Shown here: positions 1 through 5,553 of the stretch, one piece after another | How positions within the stretch are numbered: the first letter of the stretch is position 1 | How the letters are laid out: each line of letters starts with the position of its first letter | Source of the DNA: Nostoc punctiforme PCC 73102 | Lineage (GTDB): Bacteria; Cyanobacteriota; Cyanobacteriia; Cyanobacteriales; Nostocaceae | DNA: 32,000 nucleotides | Reading direction: 5' to 3' | NCBI RefSeq assembly: GCF_000020025.1 | Contig: NC_010628.1 | Location: forward strand, 2,040,001 to 2,072,000 | Program-made: the position numbers and the translations under genes | The notes under the pieces: model-generated | Seen by the model: only the letters and a program-made list of their open reading frames with translations | What the model was told of the DNA's origin: nothing | Databases searched by the model: none

Positions 1-234
1 CATCTCTTGCCTGACACTTTCTGCCCAACGATTATGTTCTTCAGCTTGAATAATCAGATATTCCACATTGGGCGAGTTGTAATCAAATCCGGGAATTTCC
101 ACCCATAAGCTGACCCCTGGCAACCATACGGGATTGATGTGGTAAGGCAATGGCCACGGATCGGCTAAAGTTTGACAGTAGCCGCGATCGCACTTGAAAT
201 CGCTACAAATTAAACCAATTGGACAAGTTGTCAT
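1..234 (-). CDS. hypothetical protein, N-terminal part (gene runs off the left edge)
   Basis: Complement ATG at 232-234. The frame stays open to position 1 (78 codons: MTTCPIGLICSDFKCDRGYCQTLADPWPLPYHINPVW...). It is absent from the ORF track because the window truncates it. No family recognised. Confidence 0.35.
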   Translation of the reverse strand, partial: MTTCPIGLICSDFKCDRGYCQTLADPWPLPYHINPVWLPGVSLWVEIPGFDYNSPNVEYLIIQAEEHNRWAESVRQEM

Positions 235-288
235 TGCAGAGTTAAAAATTGTTTGATTTTTTTAAGTTTTTTAAACCCCGAAAAAATT

Positions 289-518
289 GTCTACAATCGC
301 CAAAACCCGCTCTGGGAAAGATTTTAGCCGTCTACAGCCAATTTTTTGCGGTTCAAAAATTGTAGGCGGTGTAGACGGTCTATAACTCAATTAGTCATTA
401 GGTATTGGGCATTGGTTGGAAATATCAAAGTATTTGAAGCTTGATAACCAATTCGCCTGTAAAGCTTTGCCTACAGCCTGTAGACGGACTGTAGGCAAAC
501 TGTAGGCAAACTGTAGAC
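289..518. repeat. iteron-like array of TGTAG[A/G]C heptamers (9 copies)
   Basis: Reverse orientation (G[T/C]CTACA) at 289-295, 330-336 and 469-475. Forward orientation at 361-367, 370-376, 479-485, 490-496, 501-507 and 512-518. The last four copies form exact 11-bp units (TGTAGRCNNAC) that end 2 nt before the stop codon of the 520-1773 gene. Confidence 0.75.
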
Positions 519-519
519 A

Positions 520-1773
520 TTACTGCGACCACCTCCAGCCCAAGCGATCGCCATTTCCTTGTACTTCCCCCAGTCCCCTATCAGCCATAGAAGCAAAGAT
601 GATCCGCACTTCGTCCGGCTGCATACCATCGAATAGTCGGCTAGCTCGGCTGAGATGAGCGGCCTTTAAAACCTCTCCTGGGTGCTGTTGACCCCAGTTA
701 AGGATAAATTGCTCATACTCGTTCATGACCGAGGATTGCGATCGCGCCTCCTCATTTCCCCCGCCGGAGTTTTCCACAGGTGCGCTCGTAGTAGTTCCCC
801 AGTTGCTAAGGTCAAGCTCACAAGGGCAGTCATCGACCATAAACCGCTTTTTACCACCTGCCTTTAACCACTGCTCTAGTTGAGGATCTTTAAGTTTAGT
901 CCTGGCGTAGTCGCGCCCAAACTGCCCCAAACGGACGAGGCAGAAGCAGCTGTAAAGGGTGTCCTTGTCACCTTGTAACCCAAAGTTCTCTGCGGTGTCG
1001 TTTTGGGCCAGCGCACAAATGAATTGTTTGTATCGCCTGCCCCGTTTGGCGTGACGTTTGATCCAGGGGGTGGAATTGTCGCATTCATCCACCAAAACGG
1101 GGAATTCTTCAGCAATCATGAATCGCTCCCGACCGGTAATCGCGTTATCTCCCCCCTCTCCGCGAAGCTCCACAAGCTCCTCTAAGGTTTTGAGGTCATT
1201 ACCCATCGCGGTGTCTATGGCTTTGAAGTTGCCTTTGCGGCCAATGACATCGGCTTGATCCAGCCATGCCCAATCATCTGGTTTAGCGTCGCTGTCGTAG
1301 ACGATGACCCTGCCACCGATTTTGGAGGATAGATACTGGGTAAAGGTTGACTTCCCGTCGCCAGTTCCACCGACTAAGGCGACGTGTTTTTGTTTTTTCT
1401 GGATGTACTCAACTGGATCTGTAATCAGATTCTCTGGTTTCCAGTCTTGGTCAAAACTGCCTACGGTCAAGGCTAACTGTGCAGTGGTCTGTGTCTGGGT
1501 TCTAGCCAAAGCTTGAAAGTTAAGCCTCGATGCTCGGTCAATATCGCCTAGCGACTCCCGCAGTAATTTCGCTGTTTGGCGATGTCTGCGCCCGACTTCC
1601 AAAGTGCCAACTGATGCAGCCAGAACCCAAGTTTTACTCTGTCTGGGCAGCGAAGCACCCAAGGATAGCAGTCCGACGGTGAGAAGCAAGCTTCCCCAAG
1701 ATGACCACTTTGCATAGGCGTACATTTGCAAGTGCTGATGTAACTGTGATGGGTGTAAGTTTTCAGTCATCAC
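520..1773 (-). CDS. membrane-anchored P-loop NTPase, FtsK/SpoIIIE/TraB-like (FtsK-HerA superfamily) DNA translocase candidate
   Basis: 417-aa ORF. N-terminal hydrophobic segment WSSWGSLLLTVGLLSLGASL. Walker A is VALVGGTGDGKST and Walker B is FPVLVDE. AKRGRRYKQFICALAQ follows and resembles the FtsK-family R-G-R...Q motif. Confidence 0.7.
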   Translation of the reverse strand: MMTENLHPSQLHQHLQMYAYAKWSSWGSLLLTVGLLSLGASLPRQSKTWVLAASVGTLEVGRRHRQTAKLLRESLGDIDRASRLNFQALARTQTQTTAQLALTVGSFDQDWKPENLITDPVEYIQKKQKHVALVGGTGDGKSTFTQYLSSKIGGRVIVYDSDAKPDDWAWLDQADVIGRKGNFKAIDTAMGNDLKTLEELVELRGEGGDNAITGRERFMIAEEFPVLVDECDNSTPWIKRHAKRGRRYKQFICALAQNDTAENFGLQGDKDTLYSCFCLVRLGQFGRDYARTKLKDPQLEQWLKAGGKKRFMVDDCPCELDLSNWGTTTSAPVENSGGGNEEARSQSSVMNEYEQFILNWGQQHPGEVLKAAHLSRASRLFDGMQPDEVRIIFASMADRGLGEVQGNGDRLGWRWSQ

Positions 1774-1954
1774 TATCCCTCACGTATTCTTGAGCCTGCT
1801 TTACTACCCTCACTTCAGCTTCCGTGGCCCCAATAAGTGTATTGTCTGGGTAATACTCGCTCAGAATACTAGCAGCATTCTTGGCTAAGTCTTGCGGACA
1901 CCAAGCATCGGTCAAAACGCTGATAATCGCTGACTCAATATCTTTTTTACTCAT
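1763..1954 (-). CDS. small hypothetical protein (63 aa)
   Basis: The ORF overlaps both neighbours (11 nt and 4 nt) in a same-strand operon. No family recognised. Confidence 0.45.
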   Translation of the reverse strand: MSKKDIESAIISVLTDAWCPQDLAKNAASILSEYYPDNTLIGATEAEVRVVKQAQEYVRDSDD

Positions 1955-2313
1955 AACCCCAGTAACACCCCCACAAATATCAATCCAAGGCGGATCAGCA
2001 AGATCGTCTCAATCTCTGGAATGGCTTGCCTGAGATAACAAGCGATAACGCCTGATAACGCCAACATAACCATTACTCCCCAACGAATAAAGCTAGGCAG
2101 GGGAAGCGATACCCAGCTGCTGCTAAAAAGCGCCGGAATCGTTAGAGATGCTGTGAGGTCAAAAGCCAAGTCTGCCAGATTGTCTGGCAGTGCGATCGCA
2201 TTCCTCCATCCTTTTTTAAATTCCTCTAACCGTGACACTTGGGCTGTACTAGCGACTGGGGAATAACCCCGATCGCTGGGAACCTCTACGACTATTTTTT
2301 GCTCATCTGCCAT
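1951..2313 (-). CDS. hypothetical membrane protein (about 120 aa from ATG 2313; ORF track extends to a TTG at 2379)
   Basis: The C-terminal half is strongly hydrophobic (WVSLPLPSFIRWGVMVMLALSGVIACY... LLIRLGLIFVGVLLGL). ATG at 2311-2313 gives MADEQKIVVEV. Confidence 0.55.
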   Translation of the reverse strand: MADEQKIVVEVPSDRGYSPVASTAQVSRLEEFKKGWRNAIALPDNLADLAFDLTASLTIPALFSSSWVSLPLPSFIRWGVMVMLALSGVIACYLRQAIPEIETILLIRLGLIFVGVLLGL

Positions 2314-2421
2314 ACTGCACCTCGATTTTGAGGTAAAACGGGCAATTACTTTCCTGCTTGAGCAGCGCGGCGATCGCAATTACTAAAGCCGCTGTGGTGC
2401 AAATTAGGATCACTGCTTGAT

Positions 2422-2610
2422 TCACTCCTGCTCTTGCTCCTCTTCCTTTTCGCGGATTGCTTTCCAGGTTTGGGGGTAAGTTTTCTTACTCATCCGGCGA
2501 CTTTCTGCCTGGACTTCTGGTGGTTGTTTCTTAAGTTCTTCAGAAATTGCGATCGCGGCAATAAGCCAAGGATTAGTAGTATTATTTTCAGTCATAATTT
2601 TTGACCCCAT
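2422..2610 (-). CDS. small hypothetical protein with acidic C-terminus (likely start ATG 2595)
   Basis: The ORF is in an operon. An ATGACTGA start/stop overlap with the upstream ORF suggests translational coupling. The tail is EKEEEQEQE. Confidence 0.4.
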   Translation of the reverse strand: MGSKIMTENNTTNPWLIAAIAISEELKKQPPEVQAESRRMSKKTYPQTWKAIREKEEEQEQE

Positions 2611-2842
2611 CGCTGTACTGCCCGTAGCCGCTTGTATGAGTGAGTCTTTCCGAGATGCGGTTAATTACTGGGTTTTCGCTTACAGGTAGCGGCTTTCCCT
2701 CAATGTAAGCGGCTGAGATTTCGGCGCATTCCTCAGCGCTTGCGCCATTGCCTAGTAGCTGTCCCTCTGGGAACCCTGCGCGGTGAATTTCGTTACTGGG
2801 ATTTGGCTTTTGAGTCATATAATTTTTGGAGTGTGGTTTCAT
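2588..2842 (-). CDS. small hypothetical protein (alternative ATG at 2818)
   Basis: 84-aa ORF in the same-strand operon. No family recognised. Confidence 0.4.
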   Translation of the reverse strand: MKPHSKNYMTQKPNPSNEIHRAGFPEGQLLGNGASAEECAEISAAYIEGKPLPVSENPVINRISERLTHTSGYGQYSDGVKNYD

Positions 2843-2891
2843 TGATGTGCCGCATCTGGCGATCGCGTATCTGTGCGGATGGCGATCGCCT

Positions 2892-3260
2892 TTAAAAATC
2901 GGCTTTGGTGGCAGTAGTGCTGTTAAAAAGGGTTACAAGCCATATCTGCCAAGTTTTTCGCCTTGTTGGGCTAACTTCGATTGGTTGACGAGTATCAAGG
3001 CAAACTGCCCGTCCGTCATTTAGTTTGACGTAAAGGCTTTTCCCGGTTTTTGACCGAGAAAACAATTGACCGGGTTCTAAAGTTCCAAAGCCTACCTGAG
3101 TTCTGCCTACTACATATTCAGCTTGGTGAGAATCAAATCCCTCTGAGAGCGGATCGTCTGCCATCTCTTTCCACTCTCGTGGTCTGCCTTTGCGATCGCT
3201 CTTGTTGGTGGTCGATCTGCCGTTAGTAATGGCTCGATCTGTTATCTGTTGGTCGGTCAT
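2892..3260 (-). CDS. hypothetical protein (122 aa)
   Basis: ORF in the same-strand operon with a basic N-terminal region. No family recognised. Confidence 0.5.
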   Translation of the reverse strand: MTDQQITDRAITNGRSTTNKSDRKGRPREWKEMADDPLSEGFDSHQAEYVVGRTQVGFGTLEPGQLFSRSKTGKSLYVKLNDGRAVCLDTRQPIEVSPTRRKTWQIWLVTLFNSTTATKADF

Positions 3261-3343
3261 AGTGGGTTACAAATACCTCATGAGTTGGTCGATAGTGCCT
3301 CATTAGTTAGTCACGAGTGCTTCATTACTTGGTCGATAGTGCG

Positions 3344-3691
3344 TTAATAGTCACTCAATAATGTTGGTTGTTTTTGGTCGTCAATTGCTTGTATAGCAAT
3401 AGGTTGAGCGTTTTTTACCTCTTCCTGTTTGGTAGTTTTTTTCTCTCCTAGCAACCAACTTGCGATTTCTACTCCCAGAAATACGAGGTGATATTCGTCG
3501 AGAGAATCGCACACAGCAATGATTTGTTCGGGAATGTCCTCAAAGCAATATTCTTTATGCTGGTAGGCGATTGATGTCTGTTCCCTCAGTGCCAGGAAGA
3601 TTAGACTGTTTAACCCAGTGGCTTGAGCGCGGTTAAAGTTCTGCTCAATGTGGGTAATGATGTCAACTGGTTTTATGTCTGTTAGATTCAT
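3344..3691 (-). CDS. hypothetical protein (115 aa), first gene of the minus-strand operon
   Basis: ORF with ATG start, facing the divergent control region at 3692-4140. Confidence 0.55.
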   Translation of the reverse strand: MNLTDIKPVDIITHIEQNFNRAQATGLNSLIFLALREQTSIAYQHKEYCFEDIPEQIIAVCDSLDEYHLVFLGVEIASWLLGEKKTTKQEEVKNAQPIAIQAIDDQKQPTLLSDY

Positions 3692-3771
3692 GTCGTCTAC
3701 TCTTTCAACGTTATTTACTTGCCGATTGTTTTTGGGATATCCAGGGCACTTGCTCTGGATTTTTAATGGCT

Positions 3772-3896
3772 GCTAACCCCGCGACGCTACGACTTACGGG
3801 TAAAGACAGTTGTTAATGAGACATTTAGCATGGATGAAAGCTACGTGTTCAACCGCTAACCCCGCGACGCTACGACTTATGGGTAAATGCAGTTGT
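3772..3896. repeat. pair of 42-bp direct repeats (3772-3813 and 3855-3896, about 39/42 identical)
   Basis: GCTAACCCCGCGACGCTACGACTTA[C/T]GGGTAAA..CAGTTGT occurs twice, 83 bp apart. Confidence 0.8.
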
Positions 3897-3938
3897 CAGT
3901 TGTCAGTTGTCAGTTGTCGGTTGTCAGTTGTCGGTTGT
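3890..3938. repeat. heptanucleotide tandem repeat (C[A/G]GTTGT x7), STRR-like
   Basis: Seven contiguous heptamers. This is the class of short tandem heptamer repeats known from heterocystous cyanobacteria, but the unit is not identical to the named STRR units I remember. Confidence 0.8.
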
Positions 3939-4140
3939 CACTTTCCCCTAGCAGGTCTTTGGTATTTGCTCAGTGCTGGCAGGCTGCTATCTCTGTCTGG
4001 TTTGGGGTGGTATATCTTAGTTTTGTTCACACATAACTAATGCTAGTATAATGTACGAATGAAACCTGTCAAGCATTCTATTCGTACAAAATAAGTTTCG
4101 TTCATACAATAAAATGGGGGTGTTGTTGTGGTATACGCGA

Positions 4141-4338
4141 ATGGCCAGACCCAAGAAACTAGCAGAAGACTCTATGCGGGCAACTTTTTGGATCAGCGAG
4201 AAGGACTGGGAGGACTTCAGGCTTCAAGCCGAAGCTATGGGACTGAATCGCTCCGATCTAATCAGGTTAATAGCTCAAAGGAAAATCCCCTTGGGCGAAC
4301 AAACGAATACAGAGATACTCCTCCTGGGAAAATCCTAG
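4141..4338 (+). CDS. ribbon-helix-helix (CopG/MetJ-type) DNA-binding protein
   Basis: MARPKKLAEDSMRATFWISEKDWEDFRLQAEAMGLNRSDLIRLIAQ shows the strand-helix-helix pattern typical of RHH proteins. ATG at 4141 is in frame with the track ORF 4114-4338. Confidence 0.65.
   Translation: MARPKKLAEDSMRATFWISEKDWEDFRLQAEAMGLNRSDLIRLIAQRKIPLGEQTNTEILLLGKS
4326..4332 (+). promoter_or_regulatory. candidate -1 programmed frameshift slippery heptamer G_GGA_AAA
   Basis: The zero-frame codons are CTG GGA AAA TCC TAG (stop at 4336-4338). The -1 frame reads GGG AAA ATC CTA GAG and stays open to 4541. Confidence 0.35.
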
Positions 4339-4541
4339 AGCGGCTCAAATTGATCGAGGGTAGTTATCTATCGCATCTCAAGAAACTTGAACAGAAACTA
4401 GAATGCCAGCTAGATGAAACTAGGGGTGAAGAGGAAAGCTTTAAAGCTGCTATTCAAGAACTTGAACAAGAAATTTACAACTTGGTATCCACCTCAGACA
4501 GGTTAGAGCCGCCTAACCAAAATAACGGACACAACGAATAA
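4326..4541 (+). CDS. -1-frame coiled-coil extension of the RHH ORF, or a separate TTG-initiated ORF from 4350
   Basis: The -1 frame encodes ILERLKLIEGSYLSHLKKLEQKLECQLDETRGEEESFKAAIQELEQEIYNLV..., which looks like a coiled coil. It ends at TAA 4539-4541 directly in front of a hairpin terminator. There is no in-frame ATG after 4338. Confidence 0.4.
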   Translation, partial: GKILERLKLIEGSYLSHLKKLEQKLECQLDETRGEEESFKAAIQELEQEIYNLVSTSDRLEPPNQNNGHNE

Positions 4542-4574
4542 AGCCGTCCTGCCTACTCTGGCAAGGACGGCTTT
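4540..4574 (+). terminator. hairpin terminator (10-bp stem AAAGCCGTCC / GGACGGCTTT)
   Basis: Perfect 10-bp inverted repeat with a 15-nt loop immediately after the 4541 stop. It lies between convergent genes. Confidence 0.5.
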
Positions 4575-4626
4575 CTCATGGATATGTCGCCTACTGTCTG
4601 TTTAGCAGGCGACGCATCTGTGATTA

Positions 4627-4995
4627 TTAGGGGTCTAATTGCGATCGCAGGTCATCCAGTGGTGACTCTAGCTTGTCCTCTTTCTGAGCGGACTCTTGCA
4701 AAAAAACCTCTGGGTTGTCAGGGATGAATTCTAGTCGTATACGAAATCGTCCTTTCTGCCAACCTCCGCCTGTTGTACGCAAAATCTCACACTCTCGCCC
4801 TTGGTCGAAAAACCATTGAGACTCAGCGCCCTTGTTGTTACTGTTCTTGTTTGACCATTGCTCTATTCCTTGAATTAACTGACCAAGCTTTGTCATTTTC
4901 TCCATGCCATAGTCTGCTGTCGTTAATGCGACAACATCATCAGTGGTCAACCCCAACCTACTGTTAGGGTCTAATCCAAATTTTTCGATACTCAT
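4627..4995 (-). CDS. hypothetical protein, possibly KGK-domain family (cyanobacteria-restricted)
   Basis: 122-aa ORF. GGGWQKGRFRIRLEFIPDNPE resembles my memory of the KGK-domain core. The family call is tentative. Confidence 0.5.
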   Translation of the reverse strand: MSIEKFGLDPNSRLGLTTDDVVALTTADYGMEKMTKLGQLIQGIEQWSNKNSNNKGAESQWFFDQGRECEILRTTGGGWQKGRFRIRLEFIPDNPEVFLQESAQKEDKLESPLDDLRSQLDP

Positions 4996-5064
4996 TTCGA
5001 CATTCTCTTTCGGTTAACAAAATGGCGGATCAAGCGCCAACTCGATCCGCCTTTCCTAAGTTTT

Positions 5065-5099
5065 CCCAATGCCCAATGCCCAATGCCCAATAACCAATG
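5065..5099. repeat. heptanucleotide tandem repeat (CCCAATG x5, last two degenerate)
   Basis: CCCAATG CCCAATG CCCAATG CCCAATA ACCAATG. Two reverse-orientation units also occur near 401-417. Confidence 0.75.
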
Positions 5100-5393
5100 C
5101 CTATGTTTGGCTTCGATGGTTCTACCAAAGCGATCATTCATTTCCTTGAACAAATCAGGGACAACAAAGAAGGCGACAAGCTTACCCACAAGGAAGTACG
5201 AGCTTATGGAAGGCTGATGTTAAATCTGCTGCCTAATTTGCAAGTCGATAATGACGAACAAATCCAAGTCCTGCTTGCTGCCATGTCCAGTTCTGGGCTG
5301 CCACACTACGATCGCTCCTTCGCGGCGGAACAGATTCTCAAATTGCTCCAGGAGCAACAGCAACGTAAACTCGATTGTCCTGATGGATTTTAA
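5097..5393 (+). CDS. hypothetical protein (98 aa)
   Basis: ORF with plausible composition. Its ATG lies inside the last heptamer repeat. No family recognised. Confidence 0.4.
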   Translation: MPMFGFDGSTKAIIHFLEQIRDNKEGDKLTHKEVRAYGRLMLNLLPNLQVDNDEQIQVLLAAMSSSGLPHYDRSFAAEQILKLLQEQQQRKLDCPDGF

Positions 5394-5457
5394 AAGTGAG
5401 TGCGATCGCCAACTTCAAATAACAGTTAACAGATACTTATTATCCTGTTAATTAATC

Positions 5458-5481
5458 AAAAAAAAAGCGGCAAGAGCCGCT
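5458..5481 (-). terminator. intrinsic terminator oriented for the minus strand (AGCGGC-TCTT-GCCGCT followed by U9)
   Basis: The plus strand reads A9-GCGGC-AAGA-GCCGCT. On the minus strand this is a GC-rich 6-bp hairpin followed by a 9-nt T tract. Confidence 0.55.
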
Positions 5482-5553
5482 AACTTACAAAATAAAAACT
5501 CGTTTTTTATTACTTATGACAACAATTTTAGCATCTTTTCGGAGGGTAGAACA

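Noticed and set aside
682-1516. Five 60-79-aa ORFs overlapping the 520-1773 ATPase gene
   Set aside because: These are shadow ORFs inside a longer ORF that has clear NTPase motifs.
3810-4040. 76-aa plus-strand ORF in the divergent control region
   Set aside because: It is made of the 42-bp repeat and the heptamer tract (SCQLSVVSCRLSVVGC), so it is a repeat artefact rather than a gene.
4128-4325. N-terminal half of the 137-aa track ORF (frame 3)
   Set aside because: It overlaps the RHH frame, which has a clear fold signature, and this half looks non-protein-like. Only the part downstream of 4326 is kept, as a possible -1 extension.
4992-5189. 65-aa minus-strand ORF
   Set aside because: It runs through the CCCAATG heptamer repeat and overlaps the plus-strand 98-aa ORF. 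There is no supporting signal.
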